From a virus, in the IMG/VR virus record IMGVR_UViG_3300033146_001382, positions 64,001 to 128,000 of that record: a stretch of DNA of 64,000 bases. One strand, 5' to 3'. The notes beneath the pieces are model-generated. The model had not been told where the DNA came from. It ran no database searches and saw only the letters and a program-made list of their open reading frames with translations. Both the position numbers and the translations under genes were made by a program. Shown one piece after another: positions 23,580 through 32,246 of this stretch (its first letter is position 1; each line of letters opens with the position of its first letter).

Positions 23580-25598
23580 ATGTCGAATCCAGAGTGTGTA
23601 AATAGTTTTTGGGAAGCCTATGGTAATTCAGCCATGCTGGTTGAAATTGAAGCTGAGGGCCCCTCTGGAAGTTTAGCATTGCATGTATTGGATGTTTTTA
23701 ATATAGATGTTGCAGCTTCAACTCGTATAGGTGGTAATTTAAAAGGGCTAGATATAAAGCATATGGATGCAATGGCGGTCATAAATTTATCACTATTAGA
23801 AGAATTAGCTGACCGGTCAGGAGGGATGTTCGAGGCTATTGTAAATCCTGATGGAGAGGTAGAGTTTGTAGAGATAGGTGGGTCTATAGCTAGTTTAAGT
23901 TCTATATATTATCAAGTTCAGTCTTTTACTTACGTTGAAGAGTGTAAAGGTGTTTTACTTCGTGGGGGTAATATTATGCCTTCTTGGAAAGAACTAGATT
24001 GGAAACTAATATGGGGTAATGGAGAAGGTAAAGATATATTTCATACAACTCAAATGGTTACTAATTGTATGTATGATGATTTTAGTACTCATGCTACAAT
24101 TACCTTTAATGATCCTCACTTAGATAGTGAGTATGATGACGGTATAAATAATTTATACGAAATAGACAGTCCTTGGAATAAAATTATAGGCTATGCTAGA
24201 TTTATAGATTGTCCTAATGCCACTGAAGGCACTAAAATAGTATTAAACTCTTCTACTGTTATACCTATAGAGATAGGTGGTAATGGCGGGGCTAATGGTC
24301 CATACATGGGAACTTTAAAATCTAGACCTTCCCACGACCCTGATGCTGCAGACTACGCAGATTGTTGGCAATGGACTGAAGGTGGTGTTATAGGCACTGC
24401 CTCTGAGGGGGTAAGGATTGATTTGCCAAGCTCTTTACGTTTTCAAAATGTATCAGGACAAGTAGTAGATAAATTTGTTAAAGTAGAGGAAATACTTCTT
24501 GTAGGGCAAGAACTTTCAATGGTACACTCTGGAGCACTAAGCGATTCAGTGGCTGCAACCCAGGAGCCCTCAGATATAAATTCTATAGCATTAATCTCTA
24601 TTGACACTAAGAATCAATCTATCTTTAAACTAGAGGGGGGTAAGCATTATGCTATACTTTATGAAGATGAAGACGGCTTTAAACAACCTTATGTACTCTT
24701 TGCAAAAGACGCTAGATCTAATGAGTTTAAAGAATATGGTCAAAATACATCGTATATTATAAGTCAAACAGGGGCAGAGGGGCTAGTTCATGCTGGTGAG
24801 ACTGGTGTAGGCACTATTTTTCCTTTAGCCGATAACAGAGGAGTTTTAGTACAACAGATATTTGCACAAGTTTCTTTGGACACTCCAGCTATTACTGTAT
24901 TTGATCCGGAAATGGATGAACGTCATAACCAGACTAGAGCATTAGATTTAGCAGAAGAACTTAAATTTTGGGTTACACCTCTTATGGTAGAGGAACCTCC
25001 ATCTACCATAGCGTTTAATGGCACGATAATAGATCAACGTCCAGCAGTACAAGATAATGATCCTACAGTACCTCAGAATTTTGAGGACACCCCATTAGAG
25101 TTAGTTTATGATACGTTAGATGGTGGAAGTGGTATGGAACTCACTTTACCATTTTTTAATTCAGTAGAAGACGATGCTAAATTAGCTAGTTTATCTGCAT
25201 CTTTATATGACTTCATGAATTCAGGTACTGGTATTGATACTACCTATGTTTGTGGCCCAGATGTGGATGTGTCTTTAGGAGAAGTTGGTCCGGCAGGTGG
25301 AGTAATAAATAGTATTTCTTACTCATACACTGATTCTGGGTCTTATACTATCTCAGTTAATGAAGGCCCTAGAGTCATTAAAAACTTTTCAGGTGGTGGC
25401 CCAGCAGGTCCATCATTTAAAGCTTCAGAGTCTTTTAGTGCCAGAGGTACTATTATAGCTTCTCTAGGTAATGGTATGTTTTTTAAAGTTAGAATTGATG
25501 GATATGGGGAGAGAGTAGCTATAAATATGGCACCTTCTATTTTAAAAGTAGGTGATGTAGTACAATGTTCTGTACATAATAATCCGGCGGAGGTGTAA
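23580..25598 (+). CDS. Putative tail/baseplate hub-associated structural protein, 672 aa, with a C-terminal OB-fold-like segment
   Basis: First gene after the TMP; acidic and beta-rich. The C-terminus RGTIIASLGNGMFFKVRIDG...LKVGDVVQCSV resembles S1/IF-1 OB folds. Confidence 0.45.
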   Translation: MSNPECVNSFWEAYGNSAMLVEIEAEGPSGSLALHVLDVFNIDVAASTRIGGNLKGLDIKHMDAMAVINLSLLEELADRSGGMFEAIVNPDGEVEFVEIGGSIASLSSIYYQVQSFTYVEECKGVLLRGGNIMPSWKELDWKLIWGNGEGKDIFHTTQMVTNCMYDDFSTHATITFNDPHLDSEYDDGINNLYEIDSPWNKIIGYARFIDCPNATEGTKIVLNSSTVIPIEIGGNGGANGPYMGTLKSRPSHDPDAADYADCWQWTEGGVIGTASEGVRIDLPSSLRFQNVSGQVVDKFVKVEEILLVGQELSMVHSGALSDSVAATQEPSDINSIALISIDTKNQSIFKLEGGKHYAILYEDEDGFKQPYVLFAKDARSNEFKEYGQNTSYIISQTGAEGLVHAGETGVGTIFPLADNRGVLVQQIFAQVSLDTPAITVFDPEMDERHNQTRALDLAEELKFWVTPLMVEEPPSTIAFNGTIIDQRPAVQDNDPTVPQNFEDTPLELVYDTLDGGSGMELTLPFFNSVEDDAKLASLSASLYDFMNSGTGIDTTYVCGPDVDVSLGEVGPAGGVINSISYSYTDSGSYTISVNEGPRVIKNFSGGGPAGPSFKASESFSARGTIIASLGNGMFFKVRIDGYGERVAINMAPSILKVGDVVQCSVHNNPAEV

Positions 25599-25599
25599 A

Positions 25600-26169
25600 A
25601 TGACTATTGAATTAGTTCCAATAAGGGCAGTTATTAAAATAGGGGATTTAGAAGTTAGGACTCCTTTTGTACAATCCTTTAATGTAAGAAAAACTAGAGG
25701 TCAACTTAGTACTTTTGATGCTACTTTAAAAGTAGATCATTCACAGATTTCTAGTAGTAATATTGGTGGTTTTGTAACTATTAGTGCTGGTAGTAATAGG
25801 ATACGAAAAATTTATACAGGTATTTTAAAAAAGTCAACAGTTTCACCTTGTTGGGATGACCCTGGTTATGTTTTATTAAATATTAGTGGTACTGATATTT
25901 TAAGTCATTTACAGGGAAAGAAGTATACTAGAAGATGTAGAGCTACTAAAAGTACATGGATTAGTATAGACTCTGTTACTAGGGAGGGACTAAGAGATGG
26001 TAAATTTAAAAAAGACTATCAAGTCTTAGAGTCACTACCTACTTCTATTGAGAAGGCTAAAGAAGTTATTAAAACACCTATGCCGACACATGTGGCAACG
26101 CCACAAAATTCACCTACAGAAAAAGTAGTTCTTATAAATGTTACTTCAGTAGTTACACCTACTGGATAA
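25600..26169 (+). CDS. Putative baseplate hub/tail-tip protein (late-control-D/XkdQ-like N-terminal fold), 189 aa
   Basis: The pattern VQSFNVRKTRGQLSTFDATL...IYTGILKK...NISGTDILSHL is typical of hub N-terminal domains, and the position fits. Confidence 0.5.
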   Translation: MTIELVPIRAVIKIGDLEVRTPFVQSFNVRKTRGQLSTFDATLKVDHSQISSSNIGGFVTISAGSNRIRKIYTGILKKSTVSPCWDDPGYVLLNISGTDILSHLQGKKYTRRCRATKSTWISIDSVTREGLRDGKFKKDYQVLESLPTSIEKAKEVIKTPMPTHVATPQNSPTEKVVLINVTSVVTPTG

Positions 26170-26185
26170 ATGGGGGATTGAATAA

Positions 26186-26578
26186 ATGGCTAATATAACA
26201 AATATTTCAGTGAATCTTAGTGCAGGACAAACTTATACTATTATGGTGCCTGTTAATATGTCTAATAATATGGGGTATTTCCCAAGACGAGGAAATATTA
26301 CTTTAGAGAATGGAGAAACTATTACCTTTCAACAAGGATTTTATGTAGAAAATGAAGAGGTAGGTGAGATAGTTACAGTACATAGTGATAAAGTAGCCAT
26401 AGATTATAAGTACAAGCTTCCCGAGCAAACCTCTATTTGGTTTGTAGCTCATACAGGTGAACGTGCTAGAATTATTATTTCTAGTATGCAGGTACATGAT
26501 CATGCTTCTATTGTAACTGGCGGTCCTGCATATAGCACATATTTTAGTGATACAGACGCACCAGAGGAGTCAATTTAA
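26186..26578 (+). CDS. Hypothetical virion protein, 130 aa
   Basis: ORF packed in the operon and overlapping the next start; no family recognised. Confidence 0.6.
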   Translation: MANITNISVNLSAGQTYTIMVPVNMSNNMGYFPRRGNITLENGETITFQQGFYVENEEVGEIVTVHSDKVAIDYKYKLPEQTSIWFVAHTGERARIIISSMQVHDHASIVTGGPAYSTYFSDTDAPEESI

Positions 26579-27177
26579 TGAGCGGTTGCTGTAATTTAGT
26601 AGGTAATTTTTTATCAGAAACAGGTTTACAACTTCCAGGTGGTTGTTTTATTTCTGTTAATACTAATATAAACACTGAATATTCAGATCAAGGATGTGAT
26701 TCTATGTTAGGAGGCTACACTGTTGGGTCTATGAATTTATCAGCCTATGTGAGTACTGAAGTGTATACTGGATGTGGAGGGAGGGCTGGAGCTCAGGTAA
26801 TTTGGATACGTAAGTATGATTGTGAATTAGATTTACTTCATTTTATATTTGCTGGTGAAGGTAGGTCATTTTTATCTGACGATATTAGTGGGTTTGGAAC
26901 TATTTCGTTAAATAATACTTATCCAAATCGCACTAGATCTTTAAGTGCCTCTGCTCAATCAGGCCCAACAAGTTTTTATACGGATGTTATTCAAATAGAA
27001 GGTAAAGGTATGGCTTATAGTGGGGGTCCTATTAGTTTTGACACTTCAAACCAGGCTGGATGCACATTAGCAAATATGGGGTTGGGAGTAAGTGATTATT
27101 ATTTACAAAATTTTAGCATAGAATTAGTACCAGGGGCTATCCCTGTAGCTAATTATACATTTGCCTACACCCCTTAA
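26578..27177 (+). CDS. Hypothetical tail structural protein (tube/hub-like beta fold), 199 aa
   Basis: Gly/Ser-rich beta protein ending YYLQNFSIELVPGAIPVANYTFAYTP; the structural call is inference. Confidence 0.45.
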   Translation: MSGCCNLVGNFLSETGLQLPGGCFISVNTNINTEYSDQGCDSMLGGYTVGSMNLSAYVSTEVYTGCGGRAGAQVIWIRKYDCELDLLHFIFAGEGRSFLSDDISGFGTISLNNTYPNRTRSLSASAQSGPTSFYTDVIQIEGKGMAYSGGPISFDTSNQAGCTLANMGLGVSDYYLQNFSIELVPGAIPVANYTFAYTP

Positions 27178-27191
27178 GGAGGAATTTAATA

Positions 27192-27476
27192 ATGGCTGTT
27201 AGTGATATAGGTATTCAATATAAATTAAGAGCAGGTAGTCCTATGCCTACTGCTACTCTAGGTAATTTTGTACTACATTCTTTTATGGCATCAATTTCTG
27301 AAGTTAGGGTAGATAATTGTATAGCAAGCTTACCGTCTAGTAGTGACTTTAGAGGACAAGGTGGGTCATATATGTCAGCTAGTTACTCCAGGCTTCCTTT
27401 GTCAGAAGAGAGATTTAAAGGTAAAATAAATGATAGTGGTGCTTATGTAGATGAACATATGGGAGGTTATAATTAG
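27192..27476 (+). CDS. Hypothetical protein, 94 aa
   Basis: Strong SD (aaggagg) and operon packing. Confidence 0.65.
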   Translation: MAVSDIGIQYKLRAGSPMPTATLGNFVLHSFMASISEVRVDNCIASLPSSSDFRGQGGSYMSASYSRLPLSEERFKGKINDSGAYVDEHMGGYN

Positions 27477-27482
27477 TTAGTT

Positions 27483-27728
27483 ATGCCTACTTTTATAGAG
27501 TGTGAGTCTTTATCAATAAGTTATAATGAAATGGGGATAGCTACTATTAATTATACTTTAATATCCACAGAGGAATCCCCAAGTTTTAATTATAATAGTA
27601 TTGAAGCCGGACAACTTTTATTTACTGGAGTAGTCACTGATGTGTATTCTCAAATTATACCTAATACTGAGAATGCTACTAATGGTCCATGGTTTTCTAT
27701 AAATGTTACATTATTAGCTACTAGTTGA
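27483..27728 (+). CDS. Hypothetical small beta-rich virion protein, 81 aa
   Basis: Operon packing; alternating beta-strand pattern (ESLSISYNEMGIATINYTLI). Confidence 0.6.
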   Translation: MPTFIECESLSISYNEMGIATINYTLISTEESPSFNYNSIEAGQLLFTGVVTDVYSQIIPNTENATNGPWFSINVTLLATS

Positions 27729-27745
27729 TATAGGAGGAATAAATT

Positions 27746-27970
27746 ATGGCATGTGGTGGATGTGGTAGACGAAGAAAAGCTCCTAATACCAGGGCAGTTA
27801 CTCCAGAAGCGTATGATTTAACAGGAGGTATGGATGTTAGGAGTTTAAATAATAGACAAATAAAGGCAAGATTAGAAGTATTTAAGCGTAAATTTTGTAA
27901 AACATGTAGTATTAGGTACTTATGTGATTATACTACTTATTTAGAGTGTAAAGGGCTTAACCCACAGTAA
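27746..27970 (+). CDS. Small basic Cys-rich protein (MACGGC...CKTC...C...C), 74 aa
   Basis: SD taggagg; 6 Cys in two clusters. Confidence 0.7.
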   Translation: MACGGCGRRRKAPNTRAVTPEAYDLTGGMDVRSLNNRQIKARLEVFKRKFCKTCSIRYLCDYTTYLECKGLNPQ

Positions 27971-27972
27971 TT

Positions 27973-27993
27973 AAGTAACCTAATATATTATAG
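27973..27993 (+). promoter_or_regulatory. Candidate phage promoter AAGTAACCTAAT-WWWW-TATAG (copy 1)
   Basis: Matches 37695-37715; the two copies end 16 and 17 nt before ATGs that have an AAGGAG SD. Confidence 0.5.
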
Positions 27994-28009
27994 AAAGGAG
28001 AAATAAAAT

Positions 28010-28690
28010 ATGAGTATTCAAGTTATCATAGGACAAGCTACCAATGTATCTCTGGATGGTACAGTATGTGCCATTTCAGCGAATTGGGGTTTTGAGCCTG
28101 GAAAGCAGGACGCTTTTTGTTTAGGTAGTTGGACACCTAGTACTGAGCATATGATTTTTAAGCCTCAACAAACACTAAGTATCACCTTATATGCCCCCGG
28201 CCCAACACACAGTGTTATACCATCAAATTCTTGTGATATGTCAGATACTATAGCAGCATCAGTGTCCCCTGCTACTTGTAATGGTGTCATAGAGGGATTA
28301 TCTGGAGATTGGATGGTTACTAGTTATAATTATTCTAAAGAAGCTAAAGATCAACCAGCTCAAGAGAGTTGGTCACTTATTAAATATATCGGGGCTAGTG
28401 CATATTTATCTGGTCAAGCAGCATCAAGAGCAGTAGAACCTTCTACTATTTTGAGAGGTATTTCTCAAGGGCAGACTACTGATACTGCAGTAACTGGTAT
28501 AATATTTGATAGTGCAGGGGCTTATGCTACTTCTGTAAATGGTAGTGTATCAGCGGGGGCTATAGGTAAGTCTACTACAATGCAACATGGGGTAGTTGAA
28601 TCTATTGGTGGGGGTTCAAGTAGTGTTTCTGTGCAAGGAACTGGAAGTGCATCTATTCCTTTAAACCCCATTTATTCGGATATAACTTAA
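28010..28690 (+). CDS. Putative tail structural protein, 226 aa
   Basis: SD aaggag; Ser/Gly/Thr-rich beta protein; no family recognised. Confidence 0.55.
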   Translation: MSIQVIIGQATNVSLDGTVCAISANWGFEPGKQDAFCLGSWTPSTEHMIFKPQQTLSITLYAPGPTHSVIPSNSCDMSDTIAASVSPATCNGVIEGLSGDWMVTSYNYSKEAKDQPAQESWSLIKYIGASAYLSGQAASRAVEPSTILRGISQGQTTDTAVTGIIFDSAGAYATSVNGSVSAGAIGKSTTMQHGVVESIGGGSSSVSVQGTGSASIPLNPIYSDIT

Positions 28691-28692
28691 TT

Positions 28693-29127
28693 ATGCGTGA
28701 ATTTTTATTATCAGAGCAGTTTAAGTTAGAACTACATTGGAAAACAGCTATGTATAATCAACCAGGTATATGTGTATTAGATGGAGCCTACTTTATGGGC
28801 CCTGTATTACAAGTAGCTGCTAAGATTGAACCTAATGACTACATGATGTTGGACTTATATTCTCAGTACATAATGTTGGTAAAAGGTGCTTATGTAGTTA
28901 AGTTTTTATGGGATGAAGTTACTTATAATTCAGATAGTTCAAAAGTTTTTTTAACTAATGCTAGATTAGAACATGAGATGGATTTAAATACTACACCTAA
29001 TTTAAAGTCTAGTGACTATTTTGTTATTGATACTAGCGATCATGAAATTAGTGTACATAAGTATCATTTAGTATATAAAACCTTCTTAATTAACCCTGAC
29101 AATACTTTGTATAGGTTTAATAAATGA
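28693..29127 (+). CDS. Hypothetical protein, 144 aa
   Basis: Operon packing; ATGA overlap with the next gene. Confidence 0.65.
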   Translation: MREFLLSEQFKLELHWKTAMYNQPGICVLDGAYFMGPVLQVAAKIEPNDYMMLDLYSQYIMLVKGAYVVKFLWDEVTYNSDSSKVFLTNARLEHEMDLNTTPNLKSSDYFVIDTSDHEISVHKYHLVYKTFLINPDNTLYRFNK

Positions 29128-29618
29128 GTTATAAAGAGAAACTTTGTGCACCTGTATCTGGTATGTCTAATGAAGATATTTGGAGAGAGATACGTGCTTT
29201 AGTTGGGGGCACTACAGTTGATACACCAGACGCTATAGCTAGAATGAATCAAGAAATAGTAGACTATAATATATGGGTAGCTCAGAATGGTGTAGTGCCT
29301 TTTGATAGATGGTTAAGGTGGTTAATAAGGATAGGCACTACTAGATATAATAATTTAGCTACTACTAAAGTAAATGAGGGCAAAGTAGGCCATGGGTATG
29401 CGCCATGTCCCTACTCTTTACAGAGTGGTGAAGTTAGAACTAGACTTATGTTAGGACTTACAGATAGTGATCCTTTACCTGTAAGAACTAATCATATAGA
29501 CTCAGGTATAACTTATTTTTTAAGTACAACATCCAAAGGGAGTAGGTGGGGCCAAGGGTGTACATTTATTGGTTGCCCCTATTATATTTTAAATGGATCA
29601 CAATTTTTTTATGTTTAA
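29124..29618 (+). CDS. Hypothetical protein, 164 aa
   Basis: Translationally coupled to the upstream gene. Confidence 0.65.
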   Translation: MSYKEKLCAPVSGMSNEDIWREIRALVGGTTVDTPDAIARMNQEIVDYNIWVAQNGVVPFDRWLRWLIRIGTTRYNNLATTKVNEGKVGHGYAPCPYSLQSGEVRTRLMLGLTDSDPLPVRTNHIDSGITYFLSTTSKGSRWGQGCTFIGCPYYILNGSQFFYV

Positions 29619-29670
29619 ATACTATCGAATAATAAAGAGTTAAAAACAACTATTAAAGGAGGAATTTAAA

Positions 29671-30651
29671 TTGGCAATTAATATAGACACACAGGACCTA
29701 GAAAATTTTCCTGGCACAACAAAGAGAATTACAATTGATTTAAGTAGCATAGTACCTATAGGTGCAGAGGGGGATGAGAAATTTGTATTAAGTACAGCTA
29801 CTAATTCGTATAGTGATAATGAGGAGCGTACTCGTATACAAGAACTTTATATTACTGATATGGTAGCAGGGTGGTGTAAAAGTTCTGGCTTTGCTGGATC
29901 TGCAGGTAAATTCTATTTGGATGATACCCATAATAGTTTAAAAGTACGTATGGACGCTACAGTAAGTGGTATTGATGGTAGTGGTTTTTATACTATAGCA
30001 TTAACCCCGAATGACGACAACACCCCAGTAGCAGGTGAAGTTGTAGCTGCAGAGTTAGAAATTAAAATAAGGGCTATTAGTGACATACTGGCTCCAGTGG
30101 ATGCAGGATTTTCTATGGCGTATAAAAACGCTTCAGTTGAATTTAAGAATGGTAAGTTTTGGGTAATTTCAGGCAGTATAAGTCATTATTATTCAGGCAA
30201 TTTACGATCTTCAGTAGTCATAATAGATGCCGATACTAATGGGTGCTCTCAGGTCCTAGGCTTTGATTTACCTACTACTAGTTTTGACTTATCAAACGTA
30301 GCTGTTAAAGAAACTTTACTTAACTCAGATTATACATCTGACTCTACGACTTTAAGTGTAAATACTGGAACAGGGGCAACCGCAGGGATGTCTTTTATGA
30401 TTACTGATGGTATTAATACGGAATATTTCACTGCATTGTCTGGAACTACAGATTCAAGTATAAAAGTAGCTACTTTAGGTGTAAATGGGTATACAGGAAT
30501 AACTAACTCATATACGGCTAATAACGCTAAGCTGCAGCTTATGAGGGAACAAGATCCAGAGAGTGTTCCTACCAATTGGTATACTTCTATTGATCAATTA
30601 GTACGTTATGGTATAAAGGTAATGGCAAGTCAGATTGATTATAGTAGTTAA
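29671..30651 (+). CDS. Putative virion structural protein, 326 aa
   Basis: TTG start with SD aaggagg; carries a roughly 100-aa module also seen in 41940 and 50429. Confidence 0.55.
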   Translation: MAINIDTQDLENFPGTTKRITIDLSSIVPIGAEGDEKFVLSTATNSYSDNEERTRIQELYITDMVAGWCKSSGFAGSAGKFYLDDTHNSLKVRMDATVSGIDGSGFYTIALTPNDDNTPVAGEVVAAELEIKIRAISDILAPVDAGFSMAYKNASVEFKNGKFWVISGSISHYYSGNLRSSVVIIDADTNGCSQVLGFDLPTTSFDLSNVAVKETLLNSDYTSDSTTLSVNTGTGATAGMSFMITDGINTEYFTALSGTTDSSIKVATLGVNGYTGITNSYTANNAKLQLMREQDPESVPTNWYTSIDQLVRYGIKVMASQIDYSS

Positions 30652-30670
30652 TTTTTAAGAGGTAATTATT

Positions 30671-31093
30671 ATGAAAGTATATGAATTTTGGAATAGGTTA
30701 TGTATTGACTTAGATTATAGGGTTTTTTCAGGTGTACCAATAAAAGAATTAAAGACTATTTATGAGTCTATGTCCCCAGAATTTTTGCATTTTATTCCTA
30801 CACTAACTGAAGAAATAGCTCTAGGCTTAATTAGTGGCGCAAAAATTACAGGAACTAAGGGTGTAGTTATGGTAGCAGCAGAAGCATTTGATAGTTTTAA
30901 TGCTCAATTTAAGAGATTTAATTGTGCGTTTGAAATTCCGGTGTTATTTATTGTGGAAACTGAGTATAACCCATTGAATTTATACTGTAAAGTGTTAGCA
31001 GATGATCTCAGTGTTATTGATACTTTGATAGATCATATGGATACTACTAATGAGTCTGTTATTTTAGTAGTAAAAGAAGGAGTTTTGGTATGA
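30671..31093 (+). CDS. Sulfopyruvate/phosphonopyruvate decarboxylase alpha-subunit (ComD-like, TPP PYR domain), shortened; 140 aa
   Basis: FSGVP..LK, FIPTLTEEIALGLISGAKITGTKGVVM and FEIPVLFIV align with ComD CSVPC..LK, IPATREEEAFGICAGAYLAGKKTAIL and FQIPTLLII. Confidence 0.75.
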   Translation: MKVYEFWNRLCIDLDYRVFSGVPIKELKTIYESMSPEFLHFIPTLTEEIALGLISGAKITGTKGVVMVAAEAFDSFNAQFKRFNCAFEIPVLFIVETEYNPLNLYCKVLADDLSVIDTLIDHMDTTNESVILVVKEGVLV

Positions 31094-31725
31094 TTATTAC
31101 TAGGAAGAGGGTTTTAACTGGTATAAAAGATTTAGTATCTCAGGATGACATAGTTTTTTGTATTGGTAAGACATTAAGTAAAGAAGCTAGCATTTTTACA
31201 GAACATACTATTTTTATAGATGATAATTTTGTAGATTTTTTGTCGATAATTACGGGTCTGGCTATGACTACTGAGAGACGAGTACTTATTATAATTGAAG
31301 ATCAGTATATGCTTAAATATTTTAATACTATTTTACAGATAGCTGTTAGTAAGTGTACTAATTTATTTATAATTACTATAGTTACCTCATTATATGATGT
31401 AGTTATACCTCAAACTAATTTATTTAATACTTTAAGATCTATTAAGGGGATATTATTTAATTCTGGTATTTTAACCCATGAGTATACTAAATACTTTGAA
31501 ACTAAAGCGTCTGTAAAACAATTAAAAGGTATATATGATAGTACTATTGGTCCAGTTATAGGTTTGGTAGCAATATCTAGTAATAGATTATATAATGTAG
31601 GAGACAATGTGTCCACTTTTAAAGATTTATCTGATTTAGGTGAATATATACAAACAACTCCTACTGCTAATTTATTTTCTAAAGACAAAGTTTCTAGTTT
31701 AGATGATATTATGATGGATAAATAA
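31090..31725 (+). CDS. Sulfopyruvate/phosphonopyruvate decarboxylase beta-subunit (ComE-like, TPP PP domain), degenerate; 211 aa
   Basis: DDIVFCIG..SKE, SIITGLAM..ERRVLIIIEDQYMLKYF...NLFIITIVTSLYD parallel ComE ELVVCNIG..SRE, SIGLGLAL...KVIVIDGDGSILMNL...NYILVIIDNSAYG. Coupled (ATGA) to the ComD-like gene. Confidence 0.65.
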   Translation: MIITRKRVLTGIKDLVSQDDIVFCIGKTLSKEASIFTEHTIFIDDNFVDFLSIITGLAMTTERRVLIIIEDQYMLKYFNTILQIAVSKCTNLFIITIVTSLYDVVIPQTNLFNTLRSIKGILFNSGILTHEYTKYFETKASVKQLKGIYDSTIGPVIGLVAISSNRLYNVGDNVSTFKDLSDLGEYIQTTPTANLFSKDKVSSLDDIMMDK

Positions 31726-32244
31726 ATGGCACATATATTAGTTAAAAATAGTCTAAGTAACTATAAAGCAGCATTAGTAGATATTAATTTTCCAATAGTC
31801 GTTACTACTGATTCAGAAGGGGACCCAAAATGGGTATTAGAGACTGCTTCTACGTACCCATCAGCTAGTGGTACTAAGATTAACCCTGTTTATGCACATA
31901 AGATTACAGCATTTAATAGCTTAGACGATGCGGTAGCCAAGGCTATTTCAGAAATAGCTAAGCAAATAGATTGGGACCCTTTAGTTGTTGATGCTACTTC
32001 GCCTTATGTCACCGATGTAAAGCCTTTAGGTGACTCAGTATCTATAGCATCTAATGTTAGTATAGATATTGTAGATGATATACCTTCTGCTGGAATAGAT
32101 TTATCTGATATACAAGTAACATTGACTACTGAAAATACAGTATTTGATATCACTAATGAATGCACTATTGAAGGTGACCCGTTTTATTATAATGTTCATT
32201 GGGAACCACCAAGTAGAATAACTAGAAATTATAAACAGGAGTAA
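31726..32244 (+). CDS. Virion protein with an Ig-like (SbsA/Big_5-type) domain, 172 aa
   Basis: DATSPYVTDVKP...NVSIDIVD...GIDLSDIQVTL pattern, shared with the C-terminal domains of 34741. Confidence 0.55.
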   Translation: MAHILVKNSLSNYKAALVDINFPIVVTTDSEGDPKWVLETASTYPSASGTKINPVYAHKITAFNSLDDAVAKAISEIAKQIDWDPLVVDATSPYVTDVKPLGDSVSIASNVSIDIVDDIPSAGIDLSDIQVTLTTENTVFDITNECTIEGDPFYYNVHWEPPSRITRNYKQE

Positions 32245-32246
32245 TT

